Both the position numbers and the translations under genes were made by a program. This document shows, in pieces, positions 9,311 to 19,719 of a stretch of DNA of 64,000 nucleotides. The stretch is from positions 35,694-99,693 of the IMG/VR virus record IMGVR_UViG_3300015610_000614; one strand, given 5' to 3'. The stretch's first letter is position 1, and each line of letters begins with the position of its first letter. The DNA comes from a virus (lineage: Duplodnaviria > Heunggongvirae > Uroviricota > Caudoviricetes). The notes below the pieces were generated by a model. That model did no database searches. It saw nothing but the letters and a program-made list of their open reading frames with translations, and was not told the origin of the DNA.

Positions 9311-10762
9311 ATGGCAATTAACTTAAGTCGTAATACAAAGGTATACTTCACTACTAACGTGAACCAAAATACCGGCGTATTAACAGATGCTACTACTGGC
9401 TTCACTGCGGCAAACCTTATCGAAATCGGTGTTCTAGACGGATATTCATTCTCTCAAGGTACGCAGCAACAAACCATCACCATCTCTGAAGGTGGTAACA
9501 CTCCAGTTCGTGGTCAACGTTCGATCAATACGCAAGTTGATCCTGTTGATTGGAGTTTCTCAACTTATATTCGCCCGTATAATAACGCTTCTACCATTGC
9601 TCCGCAAGAGCGTGTACTATGGAACGCTATGTTAGGTGCAGGTGCAGTAGATACCACGGGTACTACTCCTACCACAATCAGTCGCGCAAATACTACCAGC
9701 CCTACCGCTAGTATCGTTGTAGCCTCTCCTATTACTGCTGTTGTTAATGGTAGTACCGCTCCTTTAGCTGTAAATGACGTGCTAAATATCGGTGGTATCA
9801 TTGCAGCTAACCAATCTACCTGGAACCAGCCTGGTGTAATCACCGCTGTTGCTGGTGCCGGTCCTACTACCTATACTGTAGAGCTATCACGTGCCCCAGC
9901 TGCTGCAGCCGGTACTACTGCTACTGTAGGTTCAGGTAAAGTATACGTAGGTCAATGGGCTACTGGTCCTAGTGGGGGTAACTCTGCTCTTGGTCAGTTC
10001 TCTTATGTGTCTACTATGGCATCTAACAAGAACTTGATGCAACGTTTCGGCCTAATCTTCGTTGTTGACAGCGCAGTTTACGGTATTGATAACTGCTTCA
10101 TCGATCAGGTAAGCGTAGACTTCGGTCTAGATGCTATTGCTACCGCAGCATGGTCTGGTAAGGGTACTCAGCTAAAACAGATGACCGCATCTGGCCTAGC
10201 CTCCGCCCTAGCTGCAACTGCAACTGCTAACCCAAGTTCAGCCCCTTACATTACTAATAAGCTATCTACTATGAAGCTTGATAGTAACATTGGTGGTGGT
10301 GACTACGCCGGCTCTACTGCATACGTTGTAGCTATTACTGGTGGTAATATTACCATTGCTAATAACGTTAACTATCTAGTACCTGCTAACCTTGGTGTTA
10401 TTAACCAAGCTATCGGCTACTTCCCAGGTCAGCGTTCTATTACTGGTAACGTAACTGCTTACCTACGCACTGGCGAAACTAACGGTACCGGCGACGTTCT
10501 AAAGAACCTACTAGCTAACATATCTACTGCTATCGAACCTAAGTTCCGCGTACAGCTAGAAATGGGTGGTGCTTCTAACGCTACTCGCGTTGAGTTCGAA
10601 ATGCCTGGCGTTTCGCTACAAGTACCTACTGTAGAAATTCAAGACGTTGTATCTACTACGATTAACTTTAACGCTCAGGCGTTTAACCCTGATACTCAGA
10701 ACTCTCAGACCTTCGATCTAACTAAGGCTAATGAGTTACTAGTTCGTTTCCTAGCTCCTTAA
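9311..10762 (+). CDS. Major tail (tube) protein, T5 pb6-like in size
   Basis: 483 aa, T/S/G/A-rich with an Ig-like C-terminal region, strong RBS aggagaaatctATG, followed by a terminator. Confidence 0.6.
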   Translation: MAINLSRNTKVYFTTNVNQNTGVLTDATTGFTAANLIEIGVLDGYSFSQGTQQQTITISEGGNTPVRGQRSINTQVDPVDWSFSTYIRPYNNASTIAPQERVLWNAMLGAGAVDTTGTTPTTISRANTTSPTASIVVASPITAVVNGSTAPLAVNDVLNIGGIIAANQSTWNQPGVITAVAGAGPTTYTVELSRAPAAAAGTTATVGSGKVYVGQWATGPSGGNSALGQFSYVSTMASNKNLMQRFGLIFVVDSAVYGIDNCFIDQVSVDFGLDAIATAAWSGKGTQLKQMTASGLASALAATATANPSSAPYITNKLSTMKLDSNIGGGDYAGSTAYVVAITGGNITIANNVNYLVPANLGVINQAIGYFPGQRSITGNVTAYLRTGETNGTGDVLKNLLANISTAIEPKFRVQLEMGGASNATRVEFEMPGVSLQVPTVEIQDVVSTTINFNAQAFNPDTQNSQTFDLTKANELLVRFLAP

Positions 10763-10775
10763 TCAGAGCTTGTTT

Positions 10776-10811
10776 ATAGAGCGCGGTACGCGCACCGCGC
10801 TCTCTTTTTAA
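10776..10811 (+). terminator. Rho-independent terminator after the tail tube gene
   Basis: agagcgcgg tacgcgca ccgcgctct followed by ctttttaa. Confidence 0.75.
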
Positions 10812-10845
10812 CAAATTCCAATTATTAAAATTAGAGGATACTCTT

Positions 10846-11283
10846 ATGTCAGAACAAATCAAAAAGGTTCCTAGCCTAAAGACTGTAGTAGCTAACCATA
10901 AGACCGCTGAACTAGAATATGCAGGTCTACCGGGTTTCTACGTAACGCTAGCATTTATGACTCGCGATACCATGCTAAAGCTTCGTAAGGATTCTACCAA
11001 GGTTACTTTTAAACCTGGTCAGGGTGCTGTAGAAGAATTTAATCCTGATCTATTCCTAAAAGAATACGTTAAAAGCGCCGTTCTTGGTTGGAGAGGTCTA
11101 AAGTATGAATACATTCAGAACCTAGTACCTACTGATGATGATCTAGATGTACCTGCTGACGCAGAACTAGATTTCAGCATTGAAGAAGCACTATCACTAA
11201 TGAAGGGTAGTACTGATTTTGACACTTGGGTAACTTCTAATGTCAATACTCTATCAAATTTTCAGAAGAACAAGAAAGCCTAA
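10846..11283 (+). CDS. Tail assembly chaperone (G-like)
   Basis: 145 aa acidic protein immediately upstream of the TMP. Confidence 0.5.
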   Translation: MSEQIKKVPSLKTVVANHKTAELEYAGLPGFYVTLAFMTRDTMLKLRKDSTKVTFKPGQGAVEEFNPDLFLKEYVKSAVLGWRGLKYEYIQNLVPTDDDLDVPADAELDFSIEEALSLMKGSTDFDTWVTSNVNTLSNFQKNKKA

Positions 11284-11327
11284 GACGTAAGAAGATTAAG
11301 TCCTTTTGGGAAAATTCCAAAGTAGGT

Positions 11328-11654
11328 ATGACCAAAGAGCAGTACTTAGAAATGTGTGCTGCTCTTGGTTCTGAGCCTAAAGAGGATGAAATACCTGTAG
11401 AATATCATGATCTTGACGAGTTAACGAAATTAGCTTTAATGGTTTATGATGCTTTACAAGATACCAGAGATAATTTTAATAATTGTTATACTGGTAAAAA
11501 CCTAGTAGGATTTCTTGATGTATTTAGCTTATTTGATATAGATACTTGTGATTATAGAGAAGTCTATAATATTATTAAGTATTTGGATTCTTTAAAAATA
11601 GAAGCATCGAGAGATGCAGCAGCAAAAGCTCAAAACAAAAAGCCCCCTGGTTAA
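11328..11654 (+). CDS. Tail assembly chaperone-associated protein (T-like?)
   Basis: 108 aa, in the -1 frame relative to the previous ORF, directly upstream of the TMP. Confidence 0.4.
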   Translation: MTKEQYLEMCAALGSEPKEDEIPVEYHDLDELTKLALMVYDALQDTRDNFNNCYTGKNLVGFLDVFSLFDIDTCDYREVYNIIKYLDSLKIEASRDAAAKAQNKKPPG

Positions 11655-11678
11655 TGCCTCGGGGCTTTTTTCTTTTTG
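11637..11678 (+). terminator. Terminator-like hairpin with a T-run
   Basis: agcccc ... ggggct followed by ttttttcttttt. Confidence 0.5.
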
Positions 11679-11700
11679 TAAGAGTACAAAAAATAACGTC

Positions 11701-11729
11701 TTGACTTTTAATTCCTACAGTGCTATAAT
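11701..11729 (+). promoter_or_regulatory. Consensus sigma70 promoter upstream of the tape measure gene
   Basis: ttgact at 11701-11706, 17-nt spacer, tataat at 11724-11729. Confidence 0.7.
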
Positions 11730-11799
11730 CTGTAGGACGATGCGAACTGCATCCAAATATTTCAATACCTTTCAGGTATTGGTTTAAAAAGAGGTAAGC

Positions 11800-14700
11800 A
11801 TGGCAGGAAACACTATTGAAACAAATCTGCGTCTTAATGCTACTGGTATTAAAGAAGCAACCGAAGACGCCAAGCGTCTAAACTCAGAATTATCGCAAGC
11901 CATAAAGAATGCAGGTAAAGCACGTACTGCAGGACAAACCTCGGCCGTATTAAATGCTAATAACAAAGATAGTCGTGCTAATGAAGGCATGGCTTATTCC
12001 ATTGCCCAGGCTGGTGGTGGTTCTGGTGCTGCTGCGCGTGATTTTGGTAAGCAAGCACGTGGTTTAGGTGGTTTAGTTCACTTATACGCAACATTTGCTG
12101 CTAACCTATTCGCTGTAAGTACTGCATTCACTGCGCTACAGCGTGCTATGGATACTTCTAATATGATCAAAGGCCTTGATCAGTTAGGGGCAGCATCCGG
12201 TAGAAATCTAGGTACACTTGCTAGACAAGTACAAGCAGCTTCAGATGGTGCTATTTCATTACGTGATAGTATGGAAGCTGTAGCGAAAGCAAGCGCAGCC
12301 GGTATGTCTACTACACAAATTACTAGAATGACTGAGGCAGCCAAGAAAGCCTCACAAGCTCTAGGTGTAAATATGGCTGACGCTATTAGTCGTATTACTC
12401 GCGGTATTACTAAGCTAGAACCTGAACTACTAGATGAACTAGGCATTTTAGTACGTGTCGATAAGGCTACACAAGATTATGCTAAGACTGTTGGCAAGTC
12501 AGTTGGCTCACTAACACAGTTTGAAAAACAACAAGCATTCGCAAACGCTGTACTAACAGAAGCTGAACAGAAGTTCGGTAGTATTCAGATTGATAGTAAC
12601 CCATATTCCAAACTACTAGCATCATTCCAGGACTTATCTTTCCAAGGTTTAGAGCTTGTAAATAAAGTTCTAGGTCCTATGGTTAACTATCTTGCACAGA
12701 GTCCTGTAGCACTAACTGCAGCTGTTACTGCGGTAGGTGCTGCACTACTAAAACAAGCTATTCCTGCTATTGGCGCATTTCGTGAAAATGCTAATGCTGC
12801 AGCAGAAGAAGCTCGTAAATTAGCGGTGTACAGAAATAAGGCAGCAGAAGCAGCCCATCAGGCAGAGCTTAAAGCTGTAGCACAACGTGCTGAAGAACTA
12901 GCCGACAGAGAGCTAATGGCTAAGGAAGCAGCGATTGCTAAGCTTGAAAAGCAAAAAGGTGCTCGTAAAGTAGGTAAAACATATGCCCCTATTCTTGAGA
13001 AGAGTGCAGATGAAGTTACCGACGCAGAATTAGCTAAACTACGCAAGGAAGCAGCTATTCAACAGAAGCGTGGTAATGTAGAAGCGGCTAAGGGTTATAA
13101 TGACTTAGCAGCTGCTATAGAGACTTCTAGAACTGCAGAATTAAACTATATTCAAGCTGTAGACAAGAATAAGAAAGCTCTTGCTGACCGCAATAGTTAT
13201 TTCTCTATATCCGGTCAATTGGCTCGTCAGGCCGAGGCAGCTAACCAATCTGCTATTCAAAAGACTATTAAAACACTTGCATCTGAAACTGTATATACAG
13301 AAGGTGTTCGTGCTGCATGGAAGAAGTTAAATACTGAAATCGCAGCAGCCAGATCAGGTCCTAGAATGGTAGATTTTGGCGATGGTCCTGAGCAAGTAAA
13401 GAAGATGACAGCTATGCAAGCTGGCTGGACTAGAATTTCTGGTGCAGTCGGTATTGCTACTGCTGCAGTATCAGCTTTTGCTGGAGCAATAGGTACAGCC
13501 TTTATGGTTGTTGGAGCCTTTGTAGCTGTATTTGAAATACTAGACTCAGTTTTTGGAAAGAATAGTAAAGAACTAGAGATATTTACTAGAAATACTGATG
13601 CCTTAAACGAATCTGCTGCTAATTTAGATAGAACATTGGATGCTATCTACAAGAAAAAACCAGGAGAAGGGTTTAGCGTAGATAGTATAAATGCTATGGC
13701 TACTGCCATGCAGGATCTGTACGAGAATGCGGATAAACTGGCTGATTCTTTTGCTAAAGTTAACTCCAAAGCGTCTGGCTGGGATAAGTTTGTAGATACT
13801 ATGTGGGATTTAGTGGGTAGAGGCTCAGTTGATAAACTAAGAGATTCTATCAGTAAAACTATAACAAGTGCCATTAAGTCAGCTCCGGTAGGTGAAGCCA
13901 GAGACGAATTTAAGAGAACTATAGCAGCTATATATAATGTAGATCCAGAAGATACTAAAGCTATCCAGAAAGTATTTGATAATATCGGTAGTTCAGAAGA
14001 TGCATCTAAATTAGCTAATTCTACTAGCGCGGCTCTTAAGCAGTTAGCCTTAGAACTTAACAATACTGCATCAGTAGCTAAGACTGCTGATGAAGGATTT
14101 AAGAAGATAAATGAATCTTATAGAAACCTAGCTAACTCACTAAGAGATCAAAGCCCATTAACACTACTTGGACAGAATCTAGTAACAGAATCTATTAATA
14201 TCGCTAAGGCTCTAAACGATCCTAAGTTGGCGATAACTGAGCTAGTTAATCTAGTTAAAGATGAGTCTAAACTACGTCTATTACCTGTTGATACTGTTAA
14301 GCAGTTGAAATCTGCACAATTTCAGATTGAACAACTAGCAGTATCTACAGAAGAATTCCAGAAGCAACTAAAAGATGCCGAGGAAGCAAGAGCTAAAATT
14401 GCTAGTATCAATCCGCTAAAACAAAGCGGCCGTGGTCTACAAAGAAATCCTGAATATGATGCTCTTAAAGAGATCATCGCTAAGGGTGATAAAGCTAAAA
14501 TTCAGTTAGATATTAATACTTCTAAATTAACTGAACTTCGTCAAACACTATCCGGTGCTATGGACGAATCATTTAAGCAGGGTGTACGTATTATTACCGA
14601 TAAATTCGTAGAGGCTTCAACCAAAGCGCAGTTAGCGGTATTAAGCTCGATCACTGCCAGGTTCTCAGGTCCTGGTAAATCTGACTTAGAAACCAGTATA

Positions 14701-17700
14701 AAGAATAAAGAATTAGCAATACAAGAACGCAATATTGATACGATGTTCAGCTTAGCAACTAGTTTAGATAACTTAGCTATTCTTATGGAAAAAGAACAGC
14801 TAACTAAGGAGCTAGCCAGTACTACTAGCGAAAGCCGTATATCCGCTATTTCATCTAGATTAGGTGAGTTAGTAGAAATGAGTGGCTTTACAGCTAAGCG
14901 TTTTAAAGCTACAGCGGCTGATTTCGACCAGTTAAGTGCTAATGCCAAGAAAGGTCTATCTAATTATATTACCACACTATTCGGGGCAAAAGCTCAATTA
15001 GCAGGTATAGCCGGTGAACGTACTAAAAATACTTTAGCTGGACAGGCTGGTACTCGTGCAGAAAACTTTGGGGAAGATCAAAAGCGTAAGCAATTAGAGA
15101 TAGATATTAATGCTCTTACTGTTGAACGTTTACGTAACCTAAATAGTATTAGTGGTAATCAAAGTCTATATTTACTATCGCTAAAGCAATCTGCAGAAAT
15201 CGAAGCAGAAAGTTTAGCTAATAGTAAGGCAAGAGCTGAGGCCGAGTTCAAGATAAATCAACTAGTAATAGAAAAAGACAATTTAGCTAAGCAAGGTGCT
15301 GATGCACAACAATTAGCTAATGCTCAAAAGTCTGTAGATGCAGCACAAAGAGAGCTAGATACCATAACTAAAACTCAAGCTATTAGAGCCGATAATTCGG
15401 CAGTAGTTAGAAGACAAGAAACAATAGCTGCTATAGCTGCTCTTGAAGAAAAAGAACTAGCTTTCGCCAGAGAGCAGTTTAGTTTAGATTCAGAAAGAGC
15501 ACAGATATCTCTAGATATTGAACAACAACGTCTAGGTATGTCTTCACAGTATGGTCTAATGCTAGGTTCACAGCAAATTGCAGAACAAGCTAAGTTAGAT
15601 ATTCTTAATGCAGAGCTACAGGCAAATCAACAGATCACTGCTGCATTAAATGAGCAAGCTAGCGTTAAACTTAAAAACGCTACTGATAGAGATAAGGAAA
15701 TGGCCGGTGCTACTACCTTAGATCAAATCATTGAGATTGCTCAAAGATACGATGCACTAGACTCAAAAATTGAGCAAAGTACTACTAAGCGTATAGATAA
15801 CACTAAGCTAATGCTAGAAGGCCGTAAAGACTACATTAAGAGTATGTCAGAAGAACAGAAACTAATGGCCGGTATTAGTGAAGCTACAGAAAACCTTGTT
15901 ACTGTATTTGGGGACCTTGGTGATGCTATCGGTGGTTCATTGAAGTCACTACTAACATTCCAGGCCGGTTCTAAGAAGCTAGCAGATGCCCAGGCTGATA
16001 AGCTAAAGAAATTTGCTAAAGGTAGTGACGAATACAATGAACAAGAAAAAGAAAATATCCAGGAACGTACAGACTATGAATTAAAATCAGCACAAGGAAT
16101 TGCTGGTGCTACTAAAAAGATGTTTAATGAAAAAACTGTTGCATATAAAGCATTTGCAGCAGTTGAAAAAGCTATTGCAATTACTAGACTAGTAATGGGT
16201 GCTAAACAAATGGCACAAGATGCGGCAGAAACTGCTTCAGCCATTGCTAAGTCAGTTGCAAGAGCCTCAACTGATGGGGTTGCAGCAGTTGTAAAAACCC
16301 TTGCAAGCTTACCATTCCCAGCAAACGTGGCGGCCGGTGCCGCAGTTGCTGCTATAGTAGCTGGCTTGTTATCTAGTATCGGTGGCTCTGGTCCTAATAT
16401 GTCGTCCGTAGGTATGACTGCGGAAGATAGACAAAGTACACAAGGTACAGGTACTTCTTGGCAAAATGGTCAGAAGGTAGAAAATGGTGGGGGCGTATTC
16501 GGCGACTCTAGTGCTAAATCTGAATCAATTGCACACTCATTAGATATTATTAGTAGTACTTCAGTAGAAGGTCTACAAAATGATAATAGAATGATTGACG
16601 CATTGTTAGGAATTAGAGACGCAGTATCTGGTACTGCTAAAGTACTATATTCTGTTGCAGGTCTTCGCACTAAATCTATCTTTAATACCGAGGAAGGAAC
16701 TAAGACTAGTGGTATTAGTGGTCTATTTGGTAAAACTACTACCAAAGAAATCATTGATGCAGGTATTCGTCTAAAAGGGTCATTCAATGATCTAGCTAAG
16801 GGCGTATCTGGTGCTATTCAACAGTATGAAACGGTAAAACAAACCAAAACTAATAGCGGTTTCCTAGGTATCGGCAAGAGTACTAGTACTAGTATCTCTG
16901 AGACGTATACTGCTGCTGATAAGGCTATTTCTGATAGTATTACAAAGATATTTACTAATGCTACCAATACTTTTGTACAGGTAGGTTCTAAGCTTGGTAT
17001 GAGTATGGAAGACGTACTAAGCAAGCTAGGTAACGTAAATATTGACCAACTAGCTTCGTTAAGAGGACTAAGCGGGGAAGCGCTACAGAAAGAATTCGAA
17101 TCAGTTATCAGTAATATCCTAGATACTGCAAGTAGTACACTATTCGAAAGTCTATCGAAATACCAGCAATTCGGCGAAGGCATGTTAGAAACAGTAATTC
17201 GTGTTACTGATGCTAACGATAAGATTAAGCTATCGCTAACCAGTATTGGTAAGAAGTACACCGAACTATCGTTTGATGTAACTGAAGCACTATCTAAAGC
17301 ATCTGGTGGACTAGATAAGTTCATGGAGCAGGTGGCTAGCTTTAAGGATAACTTCTTAACTGATGCAGAAAAGCTAAAGCCAATAGCCGAAGACGTAAGC
17401 AACACTCTAGCTAAGCTAGGTTTAAGTAATATTCAAACTAGAGAGCAGTTTAAGAACTTAGTAAATAGCATAGACTTAACTACTGACGCAGGTCAGAAGA
17501 TGTTTATTGCTTTGATGAACATACAAGATGCGTTTGCTCAAGTAACCGCACGTCATCAAGAACTACTAGATGAATATGTATCTCTAGAAGAGAAATTAGC
17601 TGATACTCTTGGCGGTAACAATGCGCTTAAAGAGGCTTTAAACAAGAAAGAATTAGCTTCCATGAATGATATTGAAAGAGCTCAATATCTAAAGAATAGA

Positions 17701-19719
17701 CAAATGGAAGCTGAGATTGATACTGTTAAACAGTATAACGATTTAACTTCTCAATTAAATCAATATACTAAAACATCCGTTGAACTACGTACTGAAGAAC
17801 GAAACAAGCTAAGCGATATTAATAAAGCACTGTATGATGTAGTTAATGCGTATAAGGATCTTAAGGATGCTAACGCAGCCATAGCGACAGCTATGTCTAC
17901 TTTAGAAAGTGTTACTAATAGTTTCGCTTCCGGGCTAGCATCAGCCGCTGCCGCTGTAGAAGCAGCAGACCAGGCAATAGCTAGAAATAATGCGTCAATT
18001 GTCGGAGCTGTTACTACTGCTCAAAAGGGTATAGTTGACAAATATCGTTCGGCCTCTACTACTCTACAGAATGCTAAGAAGGCTACCACTGCTGCCTTAG
18101 CCGGTATAACCACTGGTTATTTAAATGCGCAAAAAGCAGTAGCAAGTGCTAGCAGTGCTGTAGCAAGTGCGAATAAGAAGGCTAAGGACGAGCTTCGCTC
18201 GCTAGCAGATAATATCATGACATTCCTAGACGATCTTCGTACTGGGGCTCTTGGTATCCTGTCTGGCGGTGATAAGTTTGATGTACTTAAGAATAAGTTT
18301 GCTGCAACCGCGGCAGCAGCGCAAGCAGGCGACAAAACAGCCGCAGCAGCACTGCCTGACTTAGCTCAGAAAGTACTAGAACTTGCACAAAGCAACTCTT
18401 CTACTAGCTTGGAGTACGCTAAAGTATACGGCGAAGTAACGAGTACTTTAAACGACGTATCTAATAAAATCTACGACGCGGTAGGGCCATCTACTCCTGA
18501 CGTGGATCTAGAACAGTCACAGGCTCTAGCTGATTTAGCAGCAGCGCAAGCTGAACTAGCTAAGTGGCAGGATGCTGTCAATGTTTCAGGGGCTTCTAGT
18601 ACTGAAGCTACAATAGATCTATTAAAAGAGTGGAAGGATGCCAAAGCTTCTGAAGTAGAAGCTTCCGAGATGTTTGATAAGTGGACTAAGCTTGCTGAAC
18701 AGGCAGGTTTAACCATGAAGGATCTAATTGAAGATCCTATGCAAGACTATATCGATGCACGTAAAGCTTACTTAGACTCTATTGATGCACTAAATAAATG
18801 GAACGACGCTCTAGCTAAGTCAGGTATTTCAGTTAAGCCTGAAGATACCGCTATTGATACATATCTAAAAGCAATTGAAGATAGAAATCAAAAAGTTAAA
18901 GACCTAGAAGCATGGCAAAAAGCAATTAAAGATAACGGAATAGATGTTAGCAAAGCTACTACTGGTGTACAAAGCACCATAGATAAGTATGTTGCGGATT
19001 GGAAGAAGGCCAACGCAGATCTAGCTGAAGCGCAAGCCAAAGCTGCTGCTGCTCAGGCAATTATTTCTGATATGACTGCATCAAAACTAGATGCTATTAA
19101 ATCAGCTGTAGAAGCTTCTGCAAATGCCATTGCTAAATCAATTCTAGATAGCTTAAATAAACCTAAGGAAGTAATACCTCCTCCAAATCCTGCTGCTAAT
19201 CCTACTAGCCCAAGTACTGGCGGACCTACTACGAAAATACCCGAAACTCCTAGTATACCTAAATCTGCTGCTTATGTAATGAGCTCAGATGATATGATGA
19301 GTCTAAACTCAGCAATATTAATGGATCAATACAAGGGTGACGGTGGTTATAGTAGTCGTCTGTTACTAAGTCGTTGGGGAGTTGATAGTCTAACTAAGTT
19401 GGAAGACTTTAAGAAGACTAATGCAACCCTATTAGGTAGTTTGTTGAATCCTATACCTGATATGGCATTGCCTTCGTTCGACGTAGGTACTAATTATGTT
19501 CCGCAAGATATGATTGCTCAAATCCATAAGGGTGAGGCAATTATACCTGCTAGATATAATAATCAAGGTAATGAAGATTTGGTTAATGAGGTAAGAGCAC
19601 TAAGGGCTACAGTAGTACAACTACTACAAACAACCAATAGTGTAGAAACTAATACTAGAAAGTCGAAAGATGTTCTAGTTCGTGTAACTCAAGATGGTGA
19701 AGGAATGGTTACTGCATAA
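11800..19719 (+). CDS. Tape measure protein (2639 aa)
   Basis: Very long Ala/Lys/Glu-rich coiled-coil protein with a hydrophobic segment (AVGIATAAVSAFAGAIGTAFMVVGAFVAV), after the chaperones. RBS agagg. Confidence 0.8.
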   Translation: MAGNTIETNLRLNATGIKEATEDAKRLNSELSQAIKNAGKARTAGQTSAVLNANNKDSRANEGMAYSIAQAGGGSGAAARDFGKQARGLGGLVHLYATFAANLFAVSTAFTALQRAMDTSNMIKGLDQLGAASGRNLGTLARQVQAASDGAISLRDSMEAVAKASAAGMSTTQITRMTEAAKKASQALGVNMADAISRITRGITKLEPELLDELGILVRVDKATQDYAKTVGKSVGSLTQFEKQQAFANAVLTEAEQKFGSIQIDSNPYSKLLASFQDLSFQGLELVNKVLGPMVNYLAQSPVALTAAVTAVGAALLKQAIPAIGAFRENANAAAEEARKLAVYRNKAAEAAHQAELKAVAQRAEELADRELMAKEAAIAKLEKQKGARKVGKTYAPILEKSADEVTDAELAKLRKEAAIQQKRGNVEAAKGYNDLAAAIETSRTAELNYIQAVDKNKKALADRNSYFSISGQLARQAEAANQSAIQKTIKTLASETVYTEGVRAAWKKLNTEIAAARSGPRMVDFGDGPEQVKKMTAMQAGWTRISGAVGIATAAVSAFAGAIGTAFMVVGAFVAVFEILDSVFGKNSKELEIFTRNTDALNESAANLDRTLDAIYKKKPGEGFSVDSINAMATAMQDLYENADKLADSFAKVNSKASGWDKFVDTMWDLVGRGSVDKLRDSISKTITSAIKSAPVGEARDEFKRTIAAIYNVDPEDTKAIQKVFDNIGSSEDASKLANSTSAALKQLALELNNTASVAKTADEGFKKINESYRNLANSLRDQSPLTLLGQNLVTESINIAKALNDPKLAITELVNLVKDESKLRLLPVDTVKQLKSAQFQIEQLAVSTEEFQKQLKDAEEARAKIASINPLKQSGRGLQRNPEYDALKEIIAKGDKAKIQLDINTSKLTELRQTLSGAMDESFKQGVRIITDKFVEASTKAQLAVLSSITARFSGPGKSDLETSIKNKELAIQERNIDTMFSLATSLDNLAILMEKEQLTKELASTTSESRISAISSRLGELVEMSGFTAKRFKATAADFDQLSANAKKGLSNYITTLFGAKAQLAGIAGERTKNTLAGQAGTRAENFGEDQKRKQLEIDINALTVERLRNLNSISGNQSLYLLSLKQSAEIEAESLANSKARAEAEFKINQLVIEKDNLAKQGADAQQLANAQKSVDAAQRELDTITKTQAIRADNSAVVRRQETIAAIAALEEKELAFAREQFSLDSERAQISLDIEQQRLGMSSQYGLMLGSQQIAEQAKLDILNAELQANQQITAALNEQASVKLKNATDRDKEMAGATTLDQIIEIAQRYDALDSKIEQSTTKRIDNTKLMLEGRKDYIKSMSEEQKLMAGISEATENLVTVFGDLGDAIGGSLKSLLTFQAGSKKLADAQADKLKKFAKGSDEYNEQEKENIQERTDYELKSAQGIAGATKKMFNEKTVAYKAFAAVEKAIAITRLVMGAKQMAQDAAETASAIAKSVARASTDGVAAVVKTLASLPFPANVAAGAAVAAIVAGLLSSIGGSGPNMSSVGMTAEDRQSTQGTGTSWQNGQKVENGGGVFGDSSAKSESIAHSLDIISSTSVEGLQNDNRMIDALLGIRDAVSGTAKVLYSVAGLRTKSIFNTEEGTKTSGISGLFGKTTTKEIIDAGIRLKGSFNDLAKGVSGAIQQYETVKQTKTNSGFLGIGKSTSTSISETYTAADKAISDSITKIFTNATNTFVQVGSKLGMSMEDVLSKLGNVNIDQLASLRGLSGEALQKEFESVISNILDTASSTLFESLSKYQQFGEGMLETVIRVTDANDKIKLSLTSIGKKYTELSFDVTEALSKASGGLDKFMEQVASFKDNFLTDAEKLKPIAEDVSNTLAKLGLSNIQTREQFKNLVNSIDLTTDAGQKMFIALMNIQDAFAQVTARHQELLDEYVSLEEKLADTLGGNNALKEALNKKELASMNDIERAQYLKNRQMEAEIDTVKQYNDLTSQLNQYTKTSVELRTEERNKLSDINKALYDVVNAYKDLKDANAAIATAMSTLESVTNSFASGLASAAAAVEAADQAIARNNASIVGAVTTAQKGIVDKYRSASTTLQNAKKATTAALAGITTGYLNAQKAVASASSAVASANKKAKDELRSLADNIMTFLDDLRTGALGILSGGDKFDVLKNKFAATAAAAQAGDKTAAAALPDLAQKVLELAQSNSSTSLEYAKVYGEVTSTLNDVSNKIYDAVGPSTPDVDLEQSQALADLAAAQAELAKWQDAVNVSGASSTEATIDLLKEWKDAKASEVEASEMFDKWTKLAEQAGLTMKDLIEDPMQDYIDARKAYLDSIDALNKWNDALAKSGISVKPEDTAIDTYLKAIEDRNQKVKDLEAWQKAIKDNGIDVSKATTGVQSTIDKYVADWKKANADLAEAQAKAAAAQAIISDMTASKLDAIKSAVEASANAIAKSILDSLNKPKEVIPPPNPAANPTSPSTGGPTTKIPETPSIPKSAAYVMSSDDMMSLNSAILMDQYKGDGGYSSRLLLSRWGVDSLTKLEDFKKTNATLLGSLLNPIPDMALPSFDVGTNYVPQDMIAQIHKGEAIIPARYNNQGNEDLVNEVRALRATVVQLLQTTNSVETNTRKSKDVLVRVTQDGEGMVTA

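Noticed and set aside
11784-19719. Numerous antisense ORFs (60-195 aa) inside the tape measure gene and other structural genes
   Set aside because: They are Ser/Ala/Leu-rich translations of the opposite strand of a GC-skewed coiled-coil gene, with no RBS and no conserved motifs.
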